A stretch of DNA of 64,000 bases from Eledone cirrhosa (Eukaryota), in NCBI GenBank assembly GCA_964016885.1, contig CAXHJY010000139.1, positions 1 to 64,000 of the forward strand, given 5' to 3'. The translations under genes and the position numbers were made by a program. Position 1 is the first letter of the stretch, and each line of letters starts with the position of its first letter. Of the stretch, positions 38,001-51,300 are shown one piece after another. The notes under the pieces were generated by a model. It saw nothing but the letters and a program-made list of their open reading frames with translations, was not told the origin of the DNA and did no database searches.

Positions 38001-41000
38001 GCTTAGCTTAGGATAGCTTAGCTTAGCTTAGCTTAGGAGAGCTTAGCTTAGCTTAGCTTAGGATAGCTTAGGATAGCTTAGCTTAGGATAGCTTAGGATA
38101 GCTTACCTTAGGAGAGCTTAGCTTAGGATAGCTTAGCTTAGGATAGCTTAGGATAGCTTAGCTTAGGATAGCTTAGCTTAGGATAGCTTAGCTTAGGATA
38201 GCTTAGGATAGCTTAGCTTAGCTTAGCTTAGGATAGCTTAGCTTAGCTTAGCTTAGGATAGCTTAGCTTAGGTTAGCTTAGCTTAGCTTAGCTTAGCTTA
38301 GGATAGCTTAGCTTAGGATAGCTTAGGATAGCTTAGGATAGCTTAGCTTAGGATAGCTTAGCTTAGGATAGCTTAGGATAGCTTAGCTTAGGATAGCTTA
38401 GGATAGCTTAGCTTAGGATAGCTTAGCTTAGGATAGCTTAGGATAGCTTAGCTTAGCTTAGGATAGCTTAGCTTAGCTTAGCTTAGGAAAGCTTAGCTTA
38501 GCTTAGGATTGCTTAGCTTAGCTTAGCTTAGGATAGCTTAGGATAGCTTAGCTTAGGATAGCTTAGCTTAGGATAGCTTAGGATAGCTTAGGATAGCTTA
38601 GCTTAGCTTAGCTTAGGATAGCTTAGCTTAGCTTAGCTTAGGATAGCTTAGCTTAGCTTAGCTTAGGATAGCTTAGCTTAGCTTAGGATAGCTTAGCTTA
38701 GCTTAGCTTAGGATAGCTTAGCTTAGCTTAGCTTAGGACAGCTTAGCTTAGCTTAGCTTAGGATAGCTTAGCTTAGCTTAGGATAGCTTAGCTTAGCTTA
38801 GCTTAGGATAGCTTAGCTTAGGATAGCTTAGCTTAGGATAGCTTAGCTTGGGTTAGCTTAGCTTAGCTTAGCTTAGGATAGCTTAGGATAGCTTAGCTTA
38901 GGATAGCTTAGCTTAGCTTAGCTTAGGATAGCTTAGCTTAGCTTAGCTTAGGATAGCTTAGCTTAGCTTAGCTTAGGATAGCTTAGCTTAGCTTAGCTTA
39001 GGATAGCTTAGCTTAGGATAGCTTAGGATAGCTTAGCTTAGCTTAGCTTAGGATAGCTTAGCTTAGCTTAGCTTAGGATAGCTTAGCTTAGCTTAGGATA
39101 GCTTAGCTTAGCTTAGCTTAGGATAGCTTAGCTTAGCTTAGCTTAGGATAGCTTAGCTTAGCTTAGCTTAGGATAGCTTAGGATAGCTTAGGATAGCTTA
39201 GCTTAGCTTAGCTTAGGATAGCTTAGCTTAGCTTAGCTTAGGATAGCTTAGCTTAGCTTAGCTTAGGATAGCTTAGCTTAGCTTAGGATAGCTTAGCTTA
39301 GCTTAGGATAGCTTAGCTTAGCTTAGCTTAGGATAGCTTAGCTTAGCTTAGCTTAGGATAGCTTAGCTTAGCTTAGCTTAGGATAGCTTAGCTTAGCTTA
39401 GGATAGCTTAGCTTAGCTTAGCTTAGGATAGCTTAGCTTAGCTTAGCTTAGGATAGCTTAGCTTAGCTTAGCTTAGGATAGATTAGCTTAGCTTAGGATA
39501 GCTTAGCTTAGCTTAGCTTAGGAAAGCTTAGCTTAGCTTAGGATAGCTTAGCTTAGCTTAGCTTAGGATAGCTTAGGATAGCTTAGCTTAGGATAGCTTA
39601 GGATAGCTTAGCTTAGGATAGCTTAGGATATTTTAGGTTAGGATAGCTTAGCTTAGGATAGCTTAGGATAGCTTAGCTTAGGATAGCTTAGGATAGCTTA
39701 GCTTAGGATAGCTTAGGATAGCTTAGCTTAGGATAGCTTAGCTTAGGATAGCTTAGGAAAGCTTAGCTTAGCTTAGCTTAGGATAGCTTAGCTTAGCTTA
39801 GCTTAGGATAGCTTAGCTTAGCTTAGCTTAGGATAGCTTAGGATAGCTTAGCTTAGGATAGCTTAGGATAGCTTAGCTTAGGATAGCTTAGCTTAGGATA
39901 GCTTAGCTTAGGATAGCTTAGGATAGCTTAGCTTAGGATAGCTTAGGATAGCTTAGCTTAGGATAGCTTAGCTTAGGATAGCTTAGGATAGCTTAGCTTA
40001 GCTTAGCTTAGGATAGCTTAGCTTAGCTTAGCTTAGGATAGCTTAGCTTAGCTTAGCTTAGCTTAGCTTAGCTTAGCTTAGGATAGCTTAGGATAGCTTA
40101 GCTTAGGATAGCTTAGGATAGCTTAGCTTAGGATAGCTTAGCTTAGGATAGCTTAGCTTAGCTTAGCTTAGGATAGCTTAGCTTAGGATAGCTTAGCTTA
40201 GGATAGCTTAGGATAGCTTAGCTTAGGATAGCTTAGCTTAGGATAGCTTAGCTTAGGATAGCTTAGGATAGCTTAGCTTAGGATAGCTTAGGATAGCTTA
40301 GCTTAGGATAGCTTAGCTTAGGATAGCTTAGGATAGCTTAGCTTAACTTAGCTTAGGATAGCTTAGCTTAGCTTAGCTTAGGATAGCTTAGCTTAGCTTA
40401 GCTTAGGATAGCTTAGCTTAGCTTAGCTTAGGATAGCTTAGGATAGCTTAGCTTAGGATAGCTTAGGATAGCTTAGCTTAGGATAGCTTAGCTTAGCTTA
40501 GCTTAGGATAGCTTAGCTTAGCTTAGCTTAGAATAGCTTAGCTTAGGATAGCTTAGCTTAGGATAGCTTAGCTTAGGATAGCTTAGCTTAGGATAGCTTA
40601 GGATAGCTTAGCTTAGGATAGCTTAGGATAGCTTAGCTTAGGATAGCTTAGCTTAGCTTAGCTTAGGATAGCTTAGCTTAGCTTAGGATAGCTTAGCTTA
40701 GCTTAGCTTAGGATAGCTTAGCTTAGGATAGCTTAGGAAAGCTTAGCTTAGCTTAGCTTAGGATAGCTTAGCTTAGCTTAGCTTAGGATAGCTTAGCTTA
40801 GCTTAGGATAGCTTAGCTTAGCTTAGCTTAGGATAGCTTAGCTTAGCTTAGTTTAGGATAGCTTAGCTTAGCTTAGCTTAGGATAGCTTAGCTTGGCTTA
40901 GCTTAGGATAGCTTAGCTTAGCTTAGCTTAGGATAGCTTAGCTTAGGATAGCTTAGCTTAGCTTAGCTTAGGATAGCTTAGCTTAGCTTAGCTTAGGATA

Positions 41001-44000
41001 GCTTAGCTTAGGATAGCTTAGCTTAGCTTAGCTTAGGATAGCTTAGCATAGCTTAGCTTAGGATAGCTTAGCTTAGCTTAGCTTAGGATAGCTTAGCTTA
41101 GCTTAGCTTAGGATAGCTTAGCTTAGCTTAGCTTAGGATAGCTTAGCTTAGCTTAGCTTAGGATAGCTTAGCTTAGCTTAGCTTAGGATAGCTTAGCATA
41201 GCTTAGCTTAGGATAGCTTAGCTTAGCTTAGCTTAGGATAGCTTAGCTTAGCTTAGGATAGCTTAGCTTAGCTTGGCTTAGGATAGCTTAGCTTAGCTTG
41301 GCTTAGGATAGCTTAGCTTAGCTTAGCTTAGGATAGCTTAGCTTAGGATAGCTTAGGATAGCTTAGCTTAGCTTAGCTTAGGATAGCTTAGCTTAGTTTA
41401 GGATAGCTTAGCTTAGCTTAGCTTAGGATAGCTTAGGATAGCTTAGCTTAGGATAGCTTAGGATAGCTTAGCTTAGGATAGCTTAGGATAGCTTAGCTTA
41501 GGATAGCTTAGGATAGCTTAGGTTAGGATAGCTTAGCTTAGGATAGCTTAGGATAGCTTAGCTTAGGATAGCTTAGGATAGCTTAGCTTAGGATAGCTTA
41601 GGATAGCTTAGCTTAGGATAGCTTAGCTTATGATAGCTTAGGAAAGCTTAGCTTAGCTTAGCTTAGGATAGCTTAGCTTAGCTTAGCTTAGGATAGCTTA
41701 GCTTAGCTTAGCTTAGGATAGCTTAGGATAGCTTAGCTTAGGATAGCTTAGGATAGCTTAGCTTAGGATAGCTTAGCTTAGGATAGCTTAGCTTAGGATA
41801 GCTTAGGATAGCTTAGCTTAGGATAGCTTAGGATAGCTTAGCTTAGGTAGCTTAGCTTAGGATAGCTTAGGATAGCTTAGCTTAGCTTAGCTTAGGATAG
41901 CTTAGCTTAGCTTAGGATAGCTTAGCTTAGCTTAGCTTAGCTTAGGATAGCTTAGCTTAGCTTAGGATAGCTTAGGATAGCTTAGCTTAGGATAGCTTAG
42001 GATAGCTTAGCTTAGGATAGCTTAGGATAGCTTAGCTTAGGATAGCTTAGGATAGCTTAGCTTAGGATAGCTTAGCTTAGGATAGCTTAGCTTAGCTTAG
42101 CTTAGGATAGCTTAGCTTAGGATAGCTTAGGATATCTTAGGTTAGGATAGCTTAGCTTAGGATAGCTTAGGATAGATTAGCTTAGCTTAGCTTAGGATAG
42201 CTTAGCTTAGCTTAGCTTAGGATAGCTTAGCTTAGCTTAGGATAGCTTAGCTTAGCTTAGCTTAGGATAGCTTAGCTTAGCTTAGCTTAGGATAGCTTAG
42301 CTTAGCTTAGGATAGCTTAGCTTAGCTTAGCTTAGGATAGCTTAGCTTAGCTTAGCTTAGGATAGCTTAGCTTAGGATAGCTTAGCTTAGGATAGCTTAG
42401 CTTAGGTTAGCTTAGCTTAGCTTAGCTTAGGATAGCTTAGGATAGCTTAGCTTAGGATAACTTAGCTTAGCTTAGCTTAGGATAGCTTAGCTTAGCTTAG
42501 CTTAGGATAGCTTAGCTTAGCTTAGCTTAGGATAGCTTAGCTTAGGATAGCTTAGGATTGCTTAGCTTAGCTTAGCTTAGGATAGCTTAGCTTAGCTTAG
42601 CTTAGGATAGCTTAGCTTAGCTTAGGATAGCTTAGCTTAGCTTAGCTTAGGATAGCTTAGCTTAGCTTAGCTTAGGATAGCTTAGCTTAGCTTAGCTTAG
42701 GATAGCTTAGGATAGCTTAGGATAGCTTAGCTTAGCTTAGGATAGCTTAGCTTAGCTTAGGATAGCTTAGCTTAGCTTAGCTTAGGATAGCTTAGCTTAG
42801 CTTAGGATAGCTTAGCTTAGCTTAGCTTAGGATAGCTTAGCTTAGCTTAGCTTAGGATAGCTTAGCTTAGCTTAGCTTAGGATAGCTTAGCTTAGCTTAG
42901 CTTAGGATAGCTTAGCTTAGCTTAGCTTAGGATAGATTAGCTTAGCTTAGGATAGCTTAGCTTAGCTTAGCTTAGGAAAGCTTAGCTTAGCTTAGGATAG
43001 CTTAGCTTAGCTTAGCTTAGGAGAGCTTAGCTTAGCTTAGCTTAGGATAGCTTAGCTTAGCTTAGGATAGCTTAGCTTAGCTTAGGTAGCTTAGCTTAGC
43101 TTAGCTTAGGATAGCTTAGCTTAGCTTAGCTTAGCTTAGGATAGCTTAGCTTAGCTTAGCTTAGGAGAGCTTAGCTTAGCTTAGCTTAGGATAGCTTAGG
43201 ATAGCTTAGCTTAGGATAGCTTAGGATAGCTTACCTTAGGAGAGCTTAGCTTAGGATAGCTTAGCTTAGGATAGCTTAGGATAGCTTAGCTTAGGATAGC
43301 TTAGCTTAGGATAGCTTAGCTTAGGATAGCTTAGGATAGCTTAGCTTAGCTTAGCTTAGGATAGCTTAGCTTAGCTTAGCTTAGGATAGCTTAGCTTAGG
43401 TTAGCTTAGCTTAGCTTAGCTTAGCTTAGGATAGCTTAGCTTAGGATAGCTTAGGATAGCTTAGGATAGCTTAGCTTAGGATAGCTTAGCTTAGGATAGC
43501 TTAGGATAGCTTAGCTTAGGATAGCTTAGGATAGCTTAGCTTAGGATAGCTTAGCTTAGGATAGCTTAGGATAGCTTAGCTTAGCTTAGGATAGCTTAGC
43601 TTAGCTTAGCTTAGGATAGCTTAGCTTAGCTTAGGATTGCTTAGCTTAGCTTAGCTTAGGATAGCTTAGGATAGCTTAGCTTAGGATAGCTTAGCTTAGG
43701 ATAGCTTAGGATAGCTTAGGATAGCTTAGCTTAGCTTAGCTTAGGATAGCTTAGCTTAGCTTAGCTTAGGATAGCTTAGCTTAGCTTAGCTTAGGATAGC
43801 TTAGCTTAGCTTAGGATAGCTTAGCTTAGCTTAGCTTAGGATAGCTTAGCTTAGCTTAGCTTAGGACAGCTTAGCTTAGCTTAGCTTAGGATAGCTTAGC
43901 TTAGCTTAGGATAGCTTAGCTTAGCTTAGCTTAGGATAGCTTAGCTTAGGATAGCTTAGCTTAGGATAGCTTAGCTTGGGTTAGCTTAGCTTAGCTTAGC

Positions 44001-45323
44001 TTAGGATAGCTTAGGATAGCTTAGCTTAGGATAGCTTAGCTTAGCTTAGCTTAGGATAGCTTAGCTTAGCTTAGCTTAGGATAGCTTAGCTTAGCTTAGC
44101 TTAGGATAGCTTAGCTTAGCTTAGCTTAGGATAGCTTAGCTTAGGATAGCTTAGGATAGCTTAGCTTAGCTTAGCTTAGGATAGCTTAGCTTAGCTTAGC
44201 TTAGGATAGCTTAGCTTAGCTTAGGATAGCTTAGCTTAGCTTAGCTTAGGATAGCTTAGCTTAGCTTAGCTTAGGATAGCTTAGCTTAGCTTAGCTTAGG
44301 ATAGCTTAGGATAGCTTAGGATAGCTTAGCTTAGCTTAGCTTAGGATAGCTTAGCTTAGCTTAGCTTAGGATAGCTTAGCTTAGCTTAGCTTAGGATAGC
44401 TTAGCTTAGCTTAGGATAGCTTAGCTTAGCTTAGGATAGCTTAGCTTAGCTTAGCTTAGGATAGCTTAGCTTAGCTTAGCTTAGGATAGCTTAGCTTAGC
44501 TTAGCTTAGGATAGCTTAGCTTAGCTTAGGATAGCTTAGCTTAGCTTAGCTTAGGATAGCTTAGCTTAGCTTAGCTTAGGATAGCTTAGCTTAGCTTAGC
44601 TTAGGATAGATTAGCTTAGCTTAGGATAGCTTAGCTTAGCTTAGCTTAGGAAAGCTTAGCTTAGCTTAGGATAGCTTAGCTTAGCTTAGCTTAGGATAGC
44701 TTAGGATAGCTTAGCTTAGGATAGCTTAGGATAGCTTAGCTTAGGATAGCTTAGGATATTTTAGGTTAGGATAGCTTAGCTTAGGATAGCTTAGGATAGC
44801 TTAGCTTAGGATAGCTTAGGATAGCTTAGCTTAGGATAGCTTAGGATAGCTTAGCTTAGGATAGCTTAGCTTAGGATAGCTTAGGAAAGCTTAGCTTAGC
44901 TTAGCTTAGGATAGCTTAGCTTAGCTTAGCTTAGGATAGCTTAGCTTAGCTTAGCTTAGGATAGCTTAGGATAGCTTAGCTTAGGATAGCTTAGGATAGC
45001 TTAGCTTAGGATAGCTTAGCTTAGGATAGCTTAGCTTAGGATAGCTTAGGATAGCTTAGCTTAGGATAGCTTAGGATAGCTTAGCTTAGGATAGCTTAGC
45101 TTAGGATAGCTTAGGATAGCTTAGCTTAGCTTAGCTTAGGATAGCTTAGCTTAGCTTAGCTTAGGATAGCTTAGCTTAGCTTAGCTTAGCTTAGCTTAGC
45201 TTAGCTTAGGATAGCTTAGGATAGCTTAGCTTAGGATAGCTTAGGATAGCTTAGCTTAGGATAGCTTAGCTTAGGATAGCTTAGCTTAGCTTAGCTTAGG
45301 ATAGCTTAGCTTAGGATAGCTTA
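35053..45323 (+). repeat. Near-perfect tandem duplication, unit 5128 bp (35053-40180 / 40181-45308)
   Basis: Constant offset 5128: ACTTA 35218/40346, TGATA 36503/41631, GGTA 36718/41846 and 37957/43085, TTTTA 39631/44759. One difference noticed: GGAAA 38486 vs GGATA 43614. Confidence 0.93.
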
Positions 45324-48300
45324 GGATAGCTTAGCTTAGGATAGCTTAGCTTAGGATAGCTTAGGATTGCTTAGCTTAGGATAGCTTAGGATAGCTTAGC
45401 TTAGGATAGCTTAGCTTAGGATCGCTTAGGATAGCTTAGCTTAGCTTAGCTTAGGATAGCTTAGCTTAGCTTAGCTTAGGATAGCTTAGCTTAGCTTAGC
45501 TTAGGATAGCTTAGCTTAGCTTAGCTTAGGATAGCTTAGGATAGCTTAGCTTAGGATAGCTTAGGATAGCTTAGCTTAGGATAGCTTAGGATAGCTTAGC
45601 TTAGGATAGCTTAGCTTAGGATAGCTTAGGATAGCTTAGCTTAGGATAGCTTAGGATAGCTTAGCTTAGGATAGCTTAGCTTAGGATAGCTTAGCTTAGG
45701 ATAGCTTAGGATAGCTTAGCTTAGCTTAGCTTAGGATAGCTTAGCTTAGCTTAGCTTAGGATAGCTTAGCTTAGCTTAGCTTAGGATAGCTTAGCTTAGC
45801 TTAGCCTAGGATAGCTTAGGATAGCTTAGCTTAGGATAGCTTAGGATAGCTTAGCTTAGGTTAGCTTAGGATAGCTTAGCTTAGGATAGATTAGCTTAGG
45901 ATAGCTTAGCTTAGGATAGCTTAGGATAGCTTAGCTTAGGATAGCTTAGGATAGCTTAGCTTAGAATAGCTTAGCTTAGGATAGCTTAGGAAAGCTTAGC
46001 TTAGCTTAGCTTAGGATAGCTTAGCTTAGCTTAGCTTAGGATAGCTTAGCTTAGCTTAGCTTAGGATAGCTTAGGATAGCTTAGCTTAGGATAGCTTAGG
46101 ATAGCTTAGCTTTGGATAGCTTAGCTTAGGAGAGCTTAGCTTAGGATAGCTTAGGATAGCTTAGCTTAGGATAGCTTAGGGTAGCTTAGCTTAGGATAGC
46201 TTAGCTTAGGATAGCTTAGGATAGCTTAGCTTAGCTTAGCTTAGGATAGCTTAGCTTAGCTTAGCTTAGGATAGCTTAGCTTAGCTTAGCTTAGCTTAGG
46301 ATAGCTTAGCTTAGCTTAGCTTAGGATAGCTTAGGATAGCTTAGCTTAGGATAGCTTAGGATAGCTTAGCTTAGGATAGCTTAGGATAGCTTAGCTTAGG
46401 ATAGCTTAGGATAGCTTAGCTTAGGATAGCTTAGCTTAGGATAGCTTAGCTTAGCTTAGCTTAGGATAGCTTAGCTTAGGATAGCTTAGGATAGCTTAGC
46501 TTAGGATAGCTTAGCTTAGGATAGCTTAGGATAGCTTAGCTTAGCTTAGCTTAGGATAGCTTAGCTTAGCTTAGCTTAGGATAGCTTAGCTTAGCTTAGG
46601 ATAGCTTAGCTTAGCTTAGCTTAGGATAGCTTAGCTTAGCTTAGCTTAGGATAGCTTAGCTTAGCTTAGCTTAGGATAGCTTAGCTTAGCTTAGGATAGC
46701 TCAGCTTAGCTTAGCTTAGGATAGCTTAGCTTAGGTTAGCTTAGGATAGCTTAGGATAGCTTAGGATAGCTTAGCTTAGCTTAGCTTAGGATAGCTTAGC
46801 TTAGCTTAGCTTAGGATAGCTTAGCTTAGCTTAGCTTAGGATAGCTTAGCTTAGCTTAGGATAGCTTAGCTTAGCTTAGCTTAGGATAGCTTAGCTTAGC
46901 TTAGGATAGCTTAGCTTAGCTTAGCTTAGGATAGCTTAGCTTTGCTTAGGATAGCTTAGCTTAGCTTAGCTTAGGATAGCTTAGCTTAGCTTAGCTTAGG
47001 ATAGCTTAGCTTAGGTTAGCTTAGGATAGCTTAGGATAGCTTAGGATAGCTTAGCTTAGCTTAGCTTAGGATAGCTTAGCTTAGCTTAGCTTAGGATAGC
47101 TTAGCTTAGCTTAGCTTAGGATAGCTTAGCTTAGCTTAGGATAGCTTAGCTTAGCTTAGCTTAGCTTAGCTTAGGATAGCTTAGCTTAGCTTAGGATAGC
47201 TTAGCTTAGCTTAGCTTAGGATAGCTTAGCTTTGCTTAGGATAGCTTAGCTTAGCTTAGCTTAGGATAGCTTAGCTTAGCTTAGCTTAGGATAGCTTAGC
47301 TTAGCTTAGCTTAGGATAGATTAGCTTAGCTTAGGATAGCTTAGCTTAGCTTAGCTTAGGAAAGCTTAGCTTAGCTTAGGATAGCTTAGCTTAGCTTAGC
47401 TTAGGAGAGCTTAGCTTAGCTTAGGATAGCTTAGCTTAGCTTAGCTTAGGATAGCTTAGCTTAGCTTAGGTAGCTTAGCTTAGCTTAGCTTAGGATAGCT
47501 TAGCTTAGCTTAGCTTAGCTTAGGATAGCTTAGCTTAGCTTAGCTTAGGATAGCTTAGCTTAGCTTAGCTTAGGATAGCTTAGGATAGCTTAGCTTAGGA
47601 TAGCTTAGGATAGCTTACCTTAGGAGAGCTTAGCTTAGGATAGCTTAGCTTAGGATAGCTTAGGATAGCTTAGCTTAGGATAGCTTAGCTTAGGATAGCT
47701 TAGCTTAGGATAGCTTAGGATAGCTTAGCTTAGCTTAGCTTAGGATAGCTTAGCCTAGCTTAGCTTAGGATAGCTTAGCTTAGGTTAGCTTAGCTTAGCT
47801 TAGCTTAGGATAGCTTAGCTTAGGATAGCTTAGGATAGCTTAGCTTAGGATAGCTTAGCTTAGGATAGCTTAGCTTAGCTTTGCTTAGGATAGCTTAGCT
47901 TAGCTTAGCTTAGGATAGCTTAGCTTAGCTTAGCTTAGGATAGCTTAGCTTAGCTTAGCTTAGGATAGCTTAGCTTAGCTTAGCTTAGGATAGCTTAGCT
48001 TAGCTTAGCTTAGGATAGCTTAGCTTAGCTTAGCTTAGGATCGCTTAGCTTAGCTTAGCTTAGGATAGCTTAGCTTAGCTTAGGATAGCTTAGCTTAGCT
48101 TAGCTTAGGATAGCTTAGCTTAGCTTAGGATAGCTTAGGATAGCTTAGCTTAGGAGAGCTTAGCTTAGCTTAGCTTAGGATAGCTTAGCTTAGCTTAGCT
48201 TAGGATAGCTTAGCTTAACTTAGCTTAGGATAGCTTAGCTTAGCTTAACTTAGGATAGCTTAGCTTAGCTTAGCTTAGGATAGCTTAGCTTAGCTTAGCT

Positions 48301-51300
48301 TAGGATAGCTTAGCTTAGCTTAGCTTAGGATAGCTTAGGATAGCTTAGCTTAGGATAGCTTAGGATAGCTTACCTTAGGAGAGCTTAGCTTAGGATAGCT
48401 TAGCTTAGGATAGCTTAGGATAGCTTAGCTTAGGATAGCTTAGCTTAGGATAGCTTAGCTTAGGATAGCTTAGGATAGCTTAGCTTAGCTTAGCTTAGGA
48501 TAGCTTAGCTTAGCTTAGCTTAGGATAGCTTAGCTTAGGTTAGCTTAGCTTAGCTTAGCTTAGGATAGCTTAGCTTAGGATAGCTTAGGATAGCTTAGCT
48601 TAGGATAGCTTAGCTTAGGATAGCTTAGCTTAGCTTTGCTTAGGATAGCTTAGCTTAGCTTAGCTTAGGATAGCTTAGCTTAGCTTAGCTTAGGATAGCT
48701 TAGCTTAGCTTAGCTTAGGATAGCTTAGCTTAGCTTAGCTTAGGATAGCTTAGCTTAGCTTAGCTTAGGATAGCTTAGCTTAGCTTAGCTTAGGATCGCT
48801 TAGCTTAGCTTAGCTTAGGATAGCTTAGCTTAGCTTAGGATAGCTTAGCTTAGCTTAGCTTAGGATAGCTTAGCTTAGCTTAGGATAGCTTAGGATAGCT
48901 TAGCTTAGGAGAGCTTAGCTTAGCTTAGCTTAGGATAGCTTAGCTTAGCTTAGCTTAGGATAGCTTAGCTTAACTTAGCTTAGGATAGCTTAGCTTAGCT
49001 TAACTTAGGATAGCTTAGCTTAGCTTAGCTTAGGATAGCTTAGCTTAGCTTAGCTTAGGGGATAGCTTAGCTTAGCTTAGCTTAGGATAGCTTAGGATAG
49101 CTTAGCTTAGGATAGCTTAGGATAGCTTACCTTAGGAGAGCTTAGCTTAGGATAGCTTAGGATAGCTTAGGATAGCTTAGCTTAGGATAGCTTAGCTTAG
49201 GATAGCTTAGGATAGCTTAGCTTAGCTTAGCTTAGGATAGCTTAGCTTAGCTTAGCTTAGGATAGCTTAGCTTAGCTTAGCTTAGGATAGCTTAGCTTAG
49301 CTTAGCTTAGGATAGCTTAGGATAGCTTAGCTTAGGATAGCTTAGGATAGCTTAGCTTAGGATAGCTTAGGATAGCTTAGCTTAGGATAGCTTAGCTTAG
49401 GATAGCTTAGCTTAGGATAGCTTAGGATAGCTTAGCTTAGGATAGCTTAGGATAGCTTAGCTTAGGATAGCTTAGCTTAGGATAGCTTAGGATAGCTTAG
49501 CTTAACTTAGCTTAGGATAGCTTAGCTTAGCTTAGCTTAGGATAGCTTAGCTTAGCTTAGCTTAGGATAGCTTAGCTTAGCTTAGCTTAGGATAGCTTAG
49601 GATAGCTTAGCTTAGGATAGCTTAGGATAGCTTAGCTTAGGATAGCTTAGGATAGTTTAGCTTAGGATAGCTTAGCTTAGGATAGCTTAGGATAGCTTAG
49701 CTTAGCTTAGCTTAGGATAGCTTAGGATAGCTTAGCTTAGGATAGCTTAGGATAGCTTAGCTTAGGATAGATTAGGATAGCTTAGCTTAGGATAGCTTAG
49801 GATAGCTTAGCTTAGGATAGCTTAGCTTAGGATAGCTTAGCTTAGCTTAGCTTAGGATAGCTTAGCTTGGGATAGCTTAGGATAGCTTAGCTTAGGATAG
49901 CTTAGCTTAGGATAGCTTAGGATAGCTTAGCTTAGCTTAGCTTAGGATAGCTTAGCTTAGCTTAGCTTAAGATAGCTTAGCTTAGCTTAGGATAGCTTAG
50001 CTTAGCTTAGCTTAGGATAGCTTAGCTTAGCTTAGCTTAGGATTGCTTAGCTTAGCTTAGCTTAGGATAGCTTAGCTTAGCTTAGCTTAGGATAGCTTAG
50101 CTTAGCTTAGCTTAGGATAGCTTAGCTTAGCTTAGCTTAGAATAGCTTAGCTTAGGATAGCTTAGCTTAGGATAGCTTAGCTTAGGATAGCTTAGCTTAG
50201 GATAGCTTAGGATAGCTTAGCTTAGGATAGCTTAGGATAGCTTAGCTTAGGATAGCTTAGCTTAGCTTAGCTTAGGATAGCTTAGCTTAGCTTAGGATAG
50301 CTTAGCTTAGCTTAGCTTAGGATCGCTTAGCTTAGGATAGCTTAGGAAAGCTTAGCTTAGCTTAGCTTAGGATAGCTTAGCTTAGCTTAGCTTAGGATAG
50401 CTTAGCTTAGCTTAGGATAGCTTAGCTTAGCTTAGGATAGCTTAGCTTAGCTTAGTTTAGGATAGCTTAGCTTAGCTTAGCTTAGGATAGCTTAGCTTGG
50501 CTTAGCTTAGGATAGCTTAGCTTAGCTTAGCTTAGGATAGCTTAGCTTAGGATAGCTTAGCTTAGCTTAGCTTAGGATAGCTTAGCTTAGCTTAGCTTAG
50601 GATAGCTTAGCTTAGGATAGCTTAGGATAGCTTAGCTTATCTTAGCTTAGGATAGTTTAGCTTAGCTTAGCTTAGGATAGCTTAGCTTAGCTTAGGATAG
50701 CTTAGCTTAGCTTAGCTTAGGATAGCTTAGCTTAGCTTAGCTTAGCTTAGCTTAGCTTAGCTTAGGATAGCTTAGCTTAGCTTAGGATAGTTTAGCTTAG
50801 CTTAGCTTAGGATAGCTTAGCTTAGCTTAGCTTAGGATAGCTTAGCTTAGCTTAGCTTAGGATAGCTTAGCTTAGCTTAGGATAGCTTAGCTTAGCTTAG
50901 CTTAGGATAGCTTAGCTTAGCTTAGGATAGCTTAGCTTAGCTTAGCTTAGGATAGCTTAGCTTAGCTTAGCTTAGGATAGCTTAGCTTAGGATAGCTTAG
51001 CTTAGCTTAGGATAGCTTAGCTTAGCTTAGCTTAGGATAGCTTAGCTTAGCTTAGCTTAGGATAGCTTAGCTTAGCTTAGCTTAGTATAGCTTAGCTTAG
51101 CTTAGCTTAGGATAGCTTAGCTTAGCTTAGCTTAGGATAGCTTAGCTTAGCTTAGCTTAGGATAGCTTAGCTTAGCTTAGCTTAGGATAGCTTAGCTTAG
51201 CTTAGCTTAGGATAGCTTAGCTTAGCTTGGCTTAGGATAGCTTAGCTTAGCTTGGCTTAGGATAGCTTAGCTTAGCTTAGCTTAGGATAGCTTAGCTTAG

